The notes: a model not told the origin generated them from the sequence alone. 64,000 bases of DNA from Trueperaceae bacterium (GCA_965214405.1 OZ243956.1:2112001-2176000), one strand, 5' to 3'; shown: positions 20,237-30,332, numbered from the stretch's first letter. Program-made: numbers and translations.

Positions 20237-21173
20237 CCCGAAAGAACTGCTTTTTCTCCTTACCGCGAGTCTCCTTTTCGTCTTGACGCTCGTTCAGGGG
20301 AGCGTGACCGCCGAGAGGGTGGCGCTGGGGGTCCGGCTGCTAGAAGCCCCCGGCAACCCTCGGCAAATAGACGAGTTCGCCGATTTGGTCGGCAAGTCCC
20401 CGGCCATCATCATGTGGTATAAGGGCTGGACCAACGCTAAAGAAGACAGGTTTAACGCCGAAGAGATGGACGCGGTGCGCGGGCGCGGCGCAGCGCCGCT
20501 CATCACCTGGGAACCGTGGGCGGGGCCGGACGAGGACGAGTCAGCCTTCGCGCTCAGGACGATTGTTAACGGCGACCACGACGCGTTTCTCCGCGAGTGG
20601 GCCGAGAGCGCCGCGCGCTGGGGCAAGCCCTTCTATTTGAGGTTCGCGCACGAGATGAACGGCGACTGGTATCCGTGGTCACCCCGTGTCAACGGCAACT
20701 CGAGCGAAGAGTACGTGGCGGCGTGGCGTCACGTCGTCACCATCTTTAGAGACGCGGGCGCGGACAACGTCTTGTGGGTCTGGTCGCCCAACATCATCTA
20801 TCCGGAAGCCGGGGTTACTTATCAAGAGGTCTATCCGGGTGACGACTACGTCGATTGGCTGGGTCTCGACGGGTATAACTGGGGCGGGGACGACTGGATG
20901 AGTTTTAGAGAGGTTTTTTCAGACTCCTACGACGCCATCACGCAGCTCAGCCAAAAGCCTCTGATGATCGCGGAAACGGCGTCGGCGGAGGCGGGGGGCG
21001 ACAAGGCGTCGTGGATTGTGGAGGGGCTGCTCGAGGACGTCCCAGAACGTTTTCCACGCGTCAAGGCCGTCGTGTGGTTTAACCGCGACAAAGAAACGGA
21101 CTGGCGCGTGGAGTCCTCAAAAGAATCTTTGGAGGCCTTTCGCAAGGTTGCCGCCTCCCCGCTTTACCAGTAA
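20217..21173 (+). CDS. GH26 glycoside hydrolase
   Basis: ITWEPW, LRFAHEMNGDWYPW, YPGDDYVDWLGLDGYN, KPLMIAET. Confidence 0.9.
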   Translation: MMLRTISPKELLFLLTASLLFVLTLVQGSVTAERVALGVRLLEAPGNPRQIDEFADLVGKSPAIIMWYKGWTNAKEDRFNAEEMDAVRGRGAAPLITWEPWAGPDEDESAFALRTIVNGDHDAFLREWAESAARWGKPFYLRFAHEMNGDWYPWSPRVNGNSSEEYVAAWRHVVTIFRDAGADNVLWVWSPNIIYPEAGVTYQEVYPGDDYVDWLGLDGYNWGGDDWMSFREVFSDSYDAITQLSQKPLMIAETASAEAGGDKASWIVEGLLEDVPERFPRVKAVVWFNRDKETDWRVESSKESLEAFRKVAASPLYQ

Positions 21174-21197
21174 CTGTGAGGGTGAAAGGCGCTTCTC

Positions 21198-22502
21198 ATG
21201 CGTGAAAAGCTAGACGTCTGGCTGCGGGCCAACCTCACGATTTTGAGCAATACGAGCTCCCTGATTGGCTCGACCGTCGTCACCTCGGGCTTGGGGTTTG
21301 TCTACTGGTGGGCGGCGGCGCGCCTCTTTCCGCAAGAGTCGGTGGGCTTAGCGTCCGCGGGCGTTTCCGCCATGATGCTTTTGGGTGCGGTGAGCGTATT
21401 GGGGTTGGGCACGCTGCTCATTACCGAGCTTCCCAGGCAGCCCCAGTTAGCCGGTTCTCTCATTTCCGCCTCGCTCCTCACCGTGGGGGCCGTGGCGACG
21501 GGGCTGGGCTTTGCGTTTACGCTTTTGGCTCCCCTGATTTCTCCCGAGCTCTCGCCGTTCTCGCACAGTTTTTTTGGCGCGGCGACCTACGCCGTAGGCG
21601 TTGGGGTCACGGCGGTGACGCTTGTCCTCGACAACGCGCTGATTGGGCTCTTGCTGGGCGGGCTCCAGTTCTGGCGCAACCTGGCGTTCGCCGTGCTCAA
21701 GCTCGCCGTCTTGGTCGGCATCGGCTTCCTGAGCGCGAGAACCGGCGTCGGCATCTACGCGTCGTGGGTCGCTGGGAACGTGGCGTCATTGCTCGTGCTC
21801 GCCGTGCTTGTGGGGGCGACCGGCCACCGCCTGCTGCACCCGCCGCGGTGGCGGGTCCTTGGCCGCCTGGGCGTGCCCGCGCTCAAGCACCACGCGCTCA
21901 ACTTGGCGGTGCAGGCCCCCTCGCTCGCGCTGCCCCTGCTCGTCGTCGCCATTTTGTCAACGGACAAGAACGCGAGCTTTTACACCGCGTGGCTGCTGGT
22001 GAGTTTCTCGTTTATGATCCCGAGTCACCTCTCGAGGGTCTTACACGCCGTAAGCGCCGCTGACGCGTCGGCGCTGGCGGGCAAGCTCCGCACCACCTTG
22101 CAGCTTTCTTTTTACGTAGGCGTTCTCAGTTGCCTTTTTTTCCTCCTCACCGCCCATCCCCTGCTGAGCTTGTTTGGGGAAGGCTACGCGGACCAGGCCT
22201 CGAGCACCCTGCGCGTGCTCGCTCTAGGCATCTTCGCCAACACCATTAAGTCTCATTACATGACCATCGCCAGGGTGGAGGGCCGCATCACGGTCGCCGC
22301 GGTGGTGATGGCGGTGGCCGGAGTGCTGGAGATTGCGGCGGCGGCGGTCGGGGCGACGGTGGGAGGACTCATGGGCCTAAGCATCGGCCTCACGGCGGCG
22401 TTTTACGTTGAGGCCCTCTTTTTGCTGCCGACGGTGGCTCGAGCCGCCGACATCACGCTTTTTCGCGGTCCCAAAGTTCAGCCCGGTGACCAGAATGCCT
22501 GA
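21198..22502 (+). CDS. Wzx-like polysaccharide flippase/export protein
   Basis: TSGLGFVYWWAAARLF...; about 12 TM segments; LLSLFGEGY. Confidence 0.8.
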   Translation: MREKLDVWLRANLTILSNTSSLIGSTVVTSGLGFVYWWAAARLFPQESVGLASAGVSAMMLLGAVSVLGLGTLLITELPRQPQLAGSLISASLLTVGAVATGLGFAFTLLAPLISPELSPFSHSFFGAATYAVGVGVTAVTLVLDNALIGLLLGGLQFWRNLAFAVLKLAVLVGIGFLSARTGVGIYASWVAGNVASLLVLAVLVGATGHRLLHPPRWRVLGRLGVPALKHHALNLAVQAPSLALPLLVVAILSTDKNASFYTAWLLVSFSFMIPSHLSRVLHAVSAADASALAGKLRTTLQLSFYVGVLSCLFFLLTAHPLLSLFGEGYADQASSTLRVLALGIFANTIKSHYMTIARVEGRITVAAVVMAVAGVLEIAAAAVGATVGGLMGLSIGLTAAFYVEALFLLPTVARAADITLFRGPKVQPGDQNA

Positions 22503-22670
22503 CTGGCGCTCCGCCATGACGTTGACTCACGCATGATTTTCAGCAGCTTGTGTCGATTGCGGCGTGAGGAGCGCAAGAAGCTGATACGCTAAGGCGAGGC
22601 GATAAGTTTAGGTCAAGTTCAAGTCAGCGTCCTAAAAACCCCATCGGCACCCACATTAACAACAGAATGG

Positions 22671-24122
22671 ATGGGCAAAATGAAATACCTGCTAGTCACG
22701 GCGTTAGCCGCGTTCAGTATCGGTTTCGCTCAAGAGGCCGCCTGGCGTCTACAAGGCGACGCTTTTACATCTGCAGAAACCATCACAGAAACCTCCGCAG
22801 AAACCACTGTAGAAACCACTGTAGAAACCCCCGCAGAAATCATCATCCTCACGCCCGATGAGCCGAACAGCGGGGGCGCAGCCTGGTATTCTGAGAGGGT
22901 CAATTTAGCAGAGAACTTCTGGTTGTCTTTCTCGCTCTATTTTGGCACCAAAGATGCTGGCGGTGCCGACGGCGTAGCGTTCGTCCTGAGCCCTTCGCCC
23001 GACTACGGCGGCGAGACCGGGGGGACGTTGGGCTATCAGGGGACGGAACCCTTTGTGGCAGTAAGGTTTGATACGTATCGAGGAGACGACGGCGAAGATG
23101 CGGACGCGCTGAACGTGACCTCCCCCTCGGCGGTGGAAACGTGGGGTTTTTCCGCCCTCCCGCCCAATTTCGAAGACGGTCAGCAGCACCCCGTGGTGAT
23201 TGCCTGGAACGCGTATACGCGCCTCTTGTCGGTCTACTTCGGCGCGTCTACGCGCTCGAGACCAAACCTGCAAACTTACCTGCCGGTTGATACGTTTGGA
23301 GACGAGTCTAGCCTGACGTTCGGCCTCACCGGAGGAACCGGGGGAGCGTCGAATCTGCAATATTTTGTTCCAGGCGTCAACGTTGTCGGGGGCCGTCCCC
23401 GGGCCGCCCTTATGTCACAGACCCAAGACGCCCAAACCCGAAACACCCTACAGGACGATTGTCAGGTCGCCCTACCCGACCCCAACTTAGAAGCGGGTCT
23501 ACGTCAGGTCTTGTCCAAACCCGCCGAGCCCATCACCTGCGACGACATGGCGCGGCTCGAGTCGTTCTCGTTCCCTAACGCGGGTATCAGAAGCGTCGAA
23601 GGGCTCCAGTATGCGACGAACCTGCGCACGCTCGAGCTGGACGGCAACCAGATAGACGACCTCACGCCGCTCGAGGGCCTTACCGCGCTCAGCACGCTCA
23701 ACCTAAACGCCAACTGGATTAGCGACCTAGCGCCGCTCGCCGGGTTGACAAACTTGCAAAGCTTGGGGCTCGCGCGAAACTATACGATTGGTGTTTTGGA
23801 ACCCCTCGCCGGGTTGGCGAAGCTGCAAACTTTGAGCCTTTCCGAAAACTCCGTAATGGACGTGTCCCCGCTCGAGTCCCTTGTTAACCTGACGTTCCTC
23901 GACTTGTCACGCAATACAATAAACAGCTTCGCGCCTCTCGTCGGCAACGCCGGTTTGGGAGAAAACGACCTCTTGCTGCTCGGTCACAACTGCTTTGCCC
24001 CCACGGGTTCAGAAGCAAATGTGCTGGACGCGCTGACAGGGCGGACCAACATTCAGTACGAGCCGCAAACACCTGACGACTGCGCGTCGCCGGACTGGAT
24101 TTCAAGAACGCCGGAGGGGTGA
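22671..24122 (+). CDS. Secreted L-type lectin plus internalin-like LRR protein
   Basis: Signal peptide; GADGVAFVL...AVRFDTY lectin motifs; DPNLEAGLR cap and LxxLxLxxNxIxDLxPL repeats. Confidence 0.8.
   Translation: MGKMKYLLVTALAAFSIGFAQEAAWRLQGDAFTSAETITETSAETTVETTVETPAEIIILTPDEPNSGGAAWYSERVNLAENFWLSFSLYFGTKDAGGADGVAFVLSPSPDYGGETGGTLGYQGTEPFVAVRFDTYRGDDGEDADALNVTSPSAVETWGFSALPPNFEDGQQHPVVIAWNAYTRLLSVYFGASTRSRPNLQTYLPVDTFGDESSLTFGLTGGTGGASNLQYFVPGVNVVGGRPRAALMSQTQDAQTRNTLQDDCQVALPDPNLEAGLRQVLSKPAEPITCDDMARLESFSFPNAGIRSVEGLQYATNLRTLELDGNQIDDLTPLEGLTALSTLNLNANWISDLAPLAGLTNLQSLGLARNYTIGVLEPLAGLAKLQTLSLSENSVMDVSPLESLVNLTFLDLSRNTINSFAPLVGNAGLGENDLLLLGHNCFAPTGSEANVLDALTGRTNIQYEPQTPDDCASPDWISRTPEG
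22773..22844 (+). repeat. In-frame 12-bp tandem repeat, six units
   Basis: gcagaaaccatc acagaaacctcc gcagaaaccact gtagaaaccact gtagaaaccccc gcagaaatcatc. Confidence 0.85.
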
Positions 24123-24173
24123 ACTATTCTCGAGCGAAAAGTTCATGTTAACCACCTGCCAATTTCGTTTGAA

Positions 24174-24202
24174 GCGGGAACAGAGGCTAAACCTGTTCCC
24201 GC
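24174..24202. terminator. Hairpin between convergent genes
   Basis: GCGGGAACAG...CTGTTCCCGC inverted repeat. Confidence 0.6.
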
Positions 24203-24246
24203 CTTCTTTACGTTTGGCTGAGCCAGGATAGCGCGTGAATCGACCG

Positions 24247-26136
24247 TTACCTTCCGGCGGATTGCGACTCCTCGAGCACGTACAACCCGCCGTTCCTGTC
24301 CGACGCATAGATGTAGGGGCTGCCGGGTTCTTTGTAAATGCCCCAGATTTCCTGAATGCCGCCGTTAGCCGCCTCAAACGCTTCCCCGGCACCGTGGTAA
24401 CGCGCCACCTCGACGGGGTTGTAAGGGTCGGAGATATCCACCACCAGCACGCCCTCGGCGTACCAGGAGACGTAAGCTTTGTTGCCGTCGACGATGACGT
24501 TGTGCGACGAATAGACGCCGCGCGGGTCGCAGCTTGGGTCGTTGGGATGCGCGCTGCACAGGGTGTTAAAGGTGCTCGCCAAGACGGGCTTGGCGGGGTC
24601 GGAAAAGTCCCAGATGCGCAGCCCGCTCCAGCCGTCCACTTCGGCCCCGACGCTTACCTTTTGGCCGGGGGTGCCGGGCGTGAGCGCTCCCTCGTCCTCG
24701 ACTCCGGCGATGGCGAGTCCTGTGGTGTGGCCCACAAGTACACCCGGAATGCGTAATCCCGACGCGCCGCCCATCGGGCTGAGCGCGTCGCCCTGCGCTG
24801 CGTCGTTAAAGACAATCATGCCCGCGTAACCCGCCGCGACCACGTTCTCGCCTTTTTGCGTAAAAGTACAGGCCCCACGCGTCACGAGAGCGATTTTATC
24901 GTCAGTTACGACCTCGGGAAGCGTGGTGGAAAGCGCGCCGCAGGCGTCGCCGACGTAGACCGTCCCGCCCGCCATACGTCCCTCCGGCTGGCTGGATAAG
25001 GGCGCGGTGAAGTTTCCTTCGGTCGCGCCGTAAACGCCCGCGTTAGGGCCTTCGGTGATGCGAAAAACGGTGCCGTAGGGGGAGAAATCCTCTTCGCCCT
25101 CGACCACCACGCGCCCGTCGGCGGTGGGCCAGACCGAGTGGGAGTTGACCTCGCCATCTTCGCTCGTGGGCTCGAGCGCCACCGACACGACTTTGGGATT
25201 CGCAAGGTCGCTTAGGTCCAGCGTGATGAGCCCCGCGTCCCAATGCGCCAGGTACACGGTCTTACCGTCCGGCGTCACGGTGTGGTCATGCAGGATGCGG
25301 TTCGCCATCGCACCATAACCGGAGAACATATAATTTTGAGCCGCTTCTAAAAGCTCCGGGTCAGCCTCGGTTTCCCAATCCACCTCCGGCCATTCCAAAC
25401 GCTCAGGACCGAACCAGCCCACGCGCGTGACGTTCTGCGAGTCGGTGATGTCGAAAATCTGAAAGTTACCCAGCGTGGTCGAAACCTGCGCCGCAGCGTA
25501 GTCGTGACCGTCCCTGGAAAAGAGGAAAAGGTTGTGGACGCCTTCGTCCGTATCACCGGAGTCGCGTAAGGAGGCGTTGACAGAATCCGTTTGAACGTGC
25601 GCCAAGTGAACGGGCTCGCGGGGGTCGTCCACATTGTAAATCTCAAAACCGCCCGACCCGCGACCGCACCGCTCGTTTGAATGCACGAGGACGTCGCCCT
25701 GAACGCCCGACATCACCTTGATATCGTTGACGCGGCTACCCGCGACCGACGGGAGCGAGCCCACCGCGCGCACCCGCGTGGGAAGACGCGCGTCAAAGAT
25801 GCGCACCCCGGCCTCGTCGCGTTCGCCCGTGCCGCAAGGCGTATTGAAGGTGCCCAGATAGGCGTAACCTCTATGCACCCACACGTCGGTGGTCGCGCCC
25901 GCTAAACGCCGCGCGCCGCGGCCTACGGGCTCGAGCACCCCCCCGCCCACCGGACCCTCGCTCACCACGCCAAAGGTCACCGCAGGATTCACGACGAAAC
26001 TGCTCATATTGCCCAGCGCGTGCGCGAGCGCGTGCCCGCCCCTCAGCTTGTCGTGCGTGTCGTGGGCACCCGCAAAAGGGAGCGCCAACAGAGCCACAAG
26101 GGATACCGTGAAAAACCATCTTGTAAAATGTTTCAT
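24247..26136 (-). CDS. Secreted LVIVD-repeat beta-propeller protein with inserted PA domain
   Basis: Signal peptide; GVLVVDISDPYNPVEV-type repeats; PA motif DKIALVTRGACTFTQK. Confidence 0.8.
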   Translation of the reverse strand: MKHFTRWFFTVSLVALLALPFAGAHDTHDKLRGGHALAHALGNMSSFVVNPAVTFGVVSEGPVGGGVLEPVGRGARRLAGATTDVWVHRGYAYLGTFNTPCGTGERDEAGVRIFDARLPTRVRAVGSLPSVAGSRVNDIKVMSGVQGDVLVHSNERCGRGSGGFEIYNVDDPREPVHLAHVQTDSVNASLRDSGDTDEGVHNLFLFSRDGHDYAAAQVSTTLGNFQIFDITDSQNVTRVGWFGPERLEWPEVDWETEADPELLEAAQNYMFSGYGAMANRILHDHTVTPDGKTVYLAHWDAGLITLDLSDLANPKVVSVALEPTSEDGEVNSHSVWPTADGRVVVEGEEDFSPYGTVFRITEGPNAGVYGATEGNFTAPLSSQPEGRMAGGTVYVGDACGALSTTLPEVVTDDKIALVTRGACTFTQKGENVVAAGYAGMIVFNDAAQGDALSPMGGASGLRIPGVLVGHTTGLAIAGVEDEGALTPGTPGQKVSVGAEVDGWSGLRIWDFSDPAKPVLASTFNTLCSAHPNDPSCDPRGVYSSHNVIVDGNKAYVSWYAEGVLVVDISDPYNPVEVARYHGAGEAFEAANGGIQEIWGIYKEPGSPYIYASDRNGGLYVLEESQSAGR

Positions 26137-26192
26137 GTAACGTCATTGTAGCGGAAATTTTTACGTAACAACGTTCCTTGTCCTCACAGAGC

Positions 26193-27396
26193 CAGGGCTG
26201 ACGCATCTTAATCGGGGATGAGGCCCCTGAGGATGCGCGCACGAAAGGCGTCATCCCAAGCAGCCCTTTTGCGCTTGCCTTTGAGCGAGCCTTCAGAACC
26301 CTCTTGTCTAAGCAGGTTTAAGGCAAACTGTCTCAAGACGGACATGTTTTCCGCACCACGGCGGTCTGTATAGGAGTGAGCATCCTCAGCAAAAACAACG
26401 TCCAAGGTCCAATGCAGTTTGTTTTCGACCCCCCAATGAGCACGAACGGTTGCTAAGAGCTTTTCAGCATCAGCCTTAAAGCTGCACAAGTAGTAGCGCG
26501 CTTCTTTAGTGGTTTGGCCTTTGAGGGTACGTTTTGAAGTAACTTTGGCGACACTTTCCAGTCCAGGCCATTGATGAGCCTCTAGGTAAGCGAGTTCAGA
26601 TGAGTCGGCTAAGACGGTGCAGCGCCTAAGCTCGTCACGCCCGCGGCTACGCTCATGGGTCTCGAAGGAGTTGCTGAAAAGCTCAGCATCAACATTTTCA
26701 AACAGCCACACGACATCTTCATGGAGCTTGGGGTGGTTTTGTTTGAGCGCCATGATGTACTCGGCTTTATGTTCTTTGACTTTGACGGCGATAGCACGCT
26801 GCGTGTTAAGCGCGTCCACGCTCACGGTGCAGCCTGCTAAGCTAAGCAGCGACAGCGTGTCGAGCAAGTCTGGCATACAGCTAATCTCACTACTCTTGCC
26901 GTCTACTGCTGTTGATGTTAAACATAGACCGTGCGCGTGTGACCAAACGTTAAGCATGTGTACAGCCCTGACATGTTCGCTTACCGAACCGCGTAGCTGC
27001 TTGCCGTCAATCGCCAGCACATCCTCGGCGCTGAGGCGACCACCTATGGCTGCTCGCACCCAAGAGAGCGCGCAACTCTGGAACTGGGCAGGGTCCAGTA
27101 GCGAAAACACTCTGTCGAACGTGTCGTGTGAGGGGATGCCGTTCTTCAACTCAAGAAACCCCTCCAGCCACTCCCTTTTCGTCCCTCCAAACGTCTCTAT
27201 CTCATAAAAGCTATCCGCCCCCGCCAGCACCGCGCTTAATGCTACAGCCACGATGCTAACCAGCGAATGCTGTTTGCTCCTTTCTATTCTCGGATCCGGC
27301 AAGGCTGCAAAGTGCAAAACTGCTAAGCGTAACTGCTCCGTTGCTAGCTCTTCATCCATTCCAGAAGCTTAGCCCCTTTTTGATGCGTCAGCCCTG
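26193..27396 (-). mobile_element. Complete ISAs1-family IS
   Basis: 15-bp perfect IR CAGGGCTGACGCATC (26193-26207 and 27382-27396); 10-bp target duplication CTCACAGAGC (26183-26192 and 27397-27406). Confidence 0.95.
26208..27359 (-). CDS. ISAs1 family transposase
   Basis: LPDPR, GIPSHDTF, AIDGKQLRGS, VDALNTQ, RAHWGVENKLHWTLDVVFAED. Confidence 0.95.
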   Translation of the reverse strand: MDEELATEQLRLAVLHFAALPDPRIERSKQHSLVSIVAVALSAVLAGADSFYEIETFGGTKREWLEGFLELKNGIPSHDTFDRVFSLLDPAQFQSCALSWVRAAIGGRLSAEDVLAIDGKQLRGSVSEHVRAVHMLNVWSHAHGLCLTSTAVDGKSSEISCMPDLLDTLSLLSLAGCTVSVDALNTQRAIAVKVKEHKAEYIMALKQNHPKLHEDVVWLFENVDAELFSNSFETHERSRGRDELRRCTVLADSSELAYLEAHQWPGLESVAKVTSKRTLKGQTTKEARYYLCSFKADAEKLLATVRAHWGVENKLHWTLDVVFAEDAHSYTDRRGAENMSVLRQFALNLLRQEGSEGSLKGKRKRAAWDDAFRARILRGLIPD

Positions 27397-27472
27397 CTCA
27401 CAGAGCGCCCGTTAAGCTTATAACCTCACCCGGACCTGGCAGAGCAGGCTGCAAGGCGGGGTAAACTCGGGC

Positions 27473-27811
27473 ATGAAAGCGCCTTTTAAGCCCCTCGAGG
27501 GCTGGTACGTTTACGTCTTGCGCTGCGCCGATAACACGCTCTATACGGGCATCACCACGGACGTAACGCGGCGTTTAGGTGAGCACAACCGGGGCGAGGG
27601 GGCCAAATACACGCGCTGCCGAACGCCGGTGACGCTTCTTTTTGTCGAGAAGGCTGAAGACCGCTCGAGCGCGTCGCGCCGCGAGCGGGACATCAAAAGG
27701 TTGACGAGACGGCGAAAGCTCGAGCTCGTCCGCGCCGCTTCATCCGTTGCCTCCTCAGGGTTTACCGAACATGTACCGGACACCTCAAGGCCGTCTGACG
27801 TGAAGCTGTGA
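27473..27811 (+). CDS. GIY-YIG nuclease family protein (UPF0213)
   Basis: WYVYVLRCADNTLYTGITTDVTRRLGEHN...GAKYTR. Confidence 0.92.
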   Translation: MKAPFKPLEGWYVYVLRCADNTLYTGITTDVTRRLGEHNRGEGAKYTRCRTPVTLLFVEKAEDRSSASRRERDIKRLTRRRKLELVRAASSVASSGFTEHVPDTSRPSDVKL

Positions 27812-28236
27812 ACAACACGTTATCCAGACTCTTCAACCGGAACGCGCACCGCCTCGTTCTGGGCTTAATTTTCGTCGGCGCGGGCGTCCTTCACTTTGTC
27901 GCGCCCGACTTCTACCTCAAGATTATGCCGCCTTTTCTGCCCGCGCCGCATTTTCTTGTGTTGGCGAGCGGGGGGCTCGAGCTTCTGGGCGGTCTGGGCC
28001 TGCTCACGCCCCTGCTGTTTCGCCCCGCCGCCGCAGGGCTGGCGCTCCTCTTGGTGTCGTTTTTTCCCGTTCACGTTTACATGCTCGTCAACCCCGCGGC
28101 GGTGAACGCCGGAAGCGTCTCGCCCCTCCTGCTGTGGCTGCGCTTGGGGTTTCAGTTCGTGCTGATTGCGTGGGTGCTGTGGTCGGCCGGGCTGCTGGGT
28201 GACGTAAGCAGAGGACCGAGGCGGCGCGAAAGTTGA
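27808..28236 (+). CDS. DoxX-like membrane protein
   Basis: FVGAGVLHF...YLKIMPPFLP...SGGLE. Confidence 0.8.
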   Translation: MNNTLSRLFNRNAHRLVLGLIFVGAGVLHFVAPDFYLKIMPPFLPAPHFLVLASGGLELLGGLGLLTPLLFRPAAAGLALLLVSFFPVHVYMLVNPAAVNAGSVSPLLLWLRLGFQFVLIAWVLWSAGLLGDVSRGPRRRES

Positions 28237-28303
28237 CGTTCTAGACATCCTGTAAACCTTTTGGTATTCGTTTTTGGACGGTAGACTGACGCATGGACAT
28301 TGT

Positions 28304-29074
28304 ATGAACACCGCGGTGCAGGACTTGGACCTCGTCACCGCTCCCAACTTAGAAGTTCCCCACGGCTTTACCACTCGAGCGGGCGGGGTGAGCGAGGGGG
28401 ATTTCTCTAGCCTCAACTTAGGGCTCAGCAGCGGTGACGCGCCCGAACGCGTGGCGGCGAACCGGGCGCGGGTGCTTGGCATGTTCGGCAAAACGCAGGG
28501 CCAGGTCTGCGCTTTTAACCAGATACACAGCGCCAGGGTCATCGAAGCCCGCCCCACCTGGTTCGAAGAGGACGCGGACGGCGCGGTTACAGACAATCCT
28601 AATCTCCTCCTCGTGGTCAGCGCGGCGGACTGCGCGCCGCTGCTTTTTCACGACCCCGTTCAGAACGCGGTGGGCGCGGCGCATAGCGGCTGGCGCGGGA
28701 CGGTGGCGGGCATCGCGCGGGAGGTGGTGGGGCGGATGGGGGAGCTTTACGGCTCTAAGCCCGCTAATGTCCGCGCCGCCATCGGTCCCTGCATCAGCGG
28801 CGAAAACTATCAGGTTGGCGAGGAAGTCGTTGAGGCTTTTCAAAACACTGGCTTTCCCGAACATATCTACCGACCAGACGACGAAGGACGCTTCCGCCTC
28901 GATTTGGTCGCCGCCAACCGCTGGCTTTTGCAGGAGGCGGGGCTTAACGAGGAACACGTTTGGGATTCGGGCCTCTGCACGGTTGCCGACCCGCGCTTCT
29001 TTTCCCACCGCCGCGACGCAGGAAGAACGGGGCGGGGCTGGGGCGTGATAAGTTCAGGACGTCTAGACTCATAA
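28304..29074 (+). CDS. pgeF: Peptidoglycan editing factor PgeF (YfiH)
   Basis: HGFTTRAGGVS, SLNLG, QIHS, ADCAP, AHSGWRG, FFSHRR. Confidence 0.92.
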   Translation: MNTAVQDLDLVTAPNLEVPHGFTTRAGGVSEGDFSSLNLGLSSGDAPERVAANRARVLGMFGKTQGQVCAFNQIHSARVIEARPTWFEEDADGAVTDNPNLLLVVSAADCAPLLFHDPVQNAVGAAHSGWRGTVAGIAREVVGRMGELYGSKPANVRAAIGPCISGENYQVGEEVVEAFQNTGFPEHIYRPDDEGRFRLDLVAANRWLLQEAGLNEEHVWDSGLCTVADPRFFSHRRDAGRTGRGWGVISSGRLDS

Positions 29075-29110
29075 CCTTTACCCGCTCACGCTTGCGTTAC
29101 ACTTGACGCT

Positions 29111-29743
29111 ATGCAAAAACTCCTGCAAACCATGCGCCGCCTCCGCGCACCTGACGGCTGTCCTTGGGACCGCGAGCAGACGCACGAGAGCCTGCGGCCC
29201 TACCTGCTCGAGGAGGCCGCCGAGGCCGCCGACGCGCTCCACGGCGACAACCCCGCCGAGATGGCCGACGAACTCGGCGACGTGCTCTTGCAGGTCGCCT
29301 TTCACGCGGTGATTGCTGAGGAAGCGGGAACGTTTTCTTACGAGGATATCGAGGGGGCCATTGTCGCTAAGCTCGAGCGCCGTCACCCGCACGTGTTTGG
29401 TGAGGTGCGTGTAGAGAACGCCGCGCAGGTGGTGGCGAATTGGCAAGCCATCAAGGCGACCGAGCGGGGTGAGAGAGCGCCCGCCGAAAGGGTGCCGCGG
29501 AGCCTGCCCGCCTTGATGCGTGCGTCGGAGTTGGGGCGGAAGCTCGAGTGGCCGGAAGGGTCCATTAAAGAAGTAGACGCGGCGCTTCATGCTGTGGGCG
29601 AGACGGAAAACTATACAGAAGGTGATGCGGCGGAGCGCGTTGGGCGCTTGCTTCTTACGGTGGCGGACTGGGCTCGAGCCCTGGGCGTCAATCCCGAACT
29701 CGCCCTGCGCGGCGCGGCGGACGCGCGGGCCAAGGGTCAATAG
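29111..29743 (+). CDS. mazG: MazG nucleoside triphosphate pyrophosphohydrolase
   Basis: [20 protein letters not shown]-like [18 protein letters not shown]. Confidence 0.9.
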   Translation: MQKLLQTMRRLRAPDGCPWDREQTHESLRPYLLEEAAEAADALHGDNPAEMADELGDVLLQVAFHAVIAEEAGTFSYEDIEGAIVAKLERRHPHVFGEVRVENAAQVVANWQAIKATERGERAPAERVPRSLPALMRASELGRKLEWPEGSIKEVDAALHAVGETENYTEGDAAERVGRLLLTVADWARALGVNPELALRGAADARAKGQ

Positions 29744-29759
29744 CATTAAGCCGCCTCCT

Positions 29760-30332
29760 GTGCCGCCGGACGAGACGCAAACGCTGCTAACGGGTTTGCG
29801 CGACAAGCTCTTAACGCGAGAGCGTGAAAGGATGCGCATCTCGGGTTTCCGGCCCGCGGCGGTGTTGGTGCCGCTACTTAAAGGTGAGGGAGGGCTCGAG
29901 CTTCTCTTCACGGTGCGCTCACACGGTTTGTCGAACCACGCGGGGCAAATCGCTTTTCCCGGCGGGCGGCTCGATGCGGGGGAAACGCTCGAGGAGGCCG
30001 CAGTGCGCGAGACCGCCGAGGAAACGGGGCTGGTGGTGGAGCCGCGCGGCTTACTGGGCCGTTTAGACGACCATCCCTCACCCGCCGGTTACATCGTCAC
30101 GCCCGTGGTGGGCGTGCCTCTATGGCCGCAGCCCCTCACCCTCAATCCCGCTGAAGTCGCCGAAGCCTTCTGTGTGCCCTTGGCGAACTTACGCGCCCTC
30201 ACCCCCCGCAGCGAGGAGCGGCGGCTCGAGCACTACCGCCGCCGCCTCCATTTCTACACCTGGGAGGAACGGCTGATCTGGGGCGTGACGGGGAATATTC
30301 TCAAGAATTTGCTAGACGTAGTAGAGCAGTGA
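29760..30332 (+). CDS. CoA pyrophosphatase (Nudix, NudL-like)
   Basis: [37 protein letters not shown]; start uncertain. Confidence 0.85.
   Translation: MPPDETQTLLTGLRDKLLTRERERMRISGFRPAAVLVPLLKGEGGLELLFTVRSHGLSNHAGQIAFPGGRLDAGETLEEAAVRETAEETGLVVEPRGLLGRLDDHPSPAGYIVTPVVGVPLWPQPLTLNPAEVAEAFCVPLANLRALTPRSEERRLEHYRRRLHFYTWEERLIWGVTGNILKNLLDVVEQ

Noticed and set aside
22773..22844. CRISPR-like array
   Set aside because: The 12-bp units have no spacers and are in frame within a CDS; no cas genes.
27473..30332. GIY-YIG + MazG + Nudix as a defence cluster
   Set aside because: All look like standard housekeeping versions with host-like composition.
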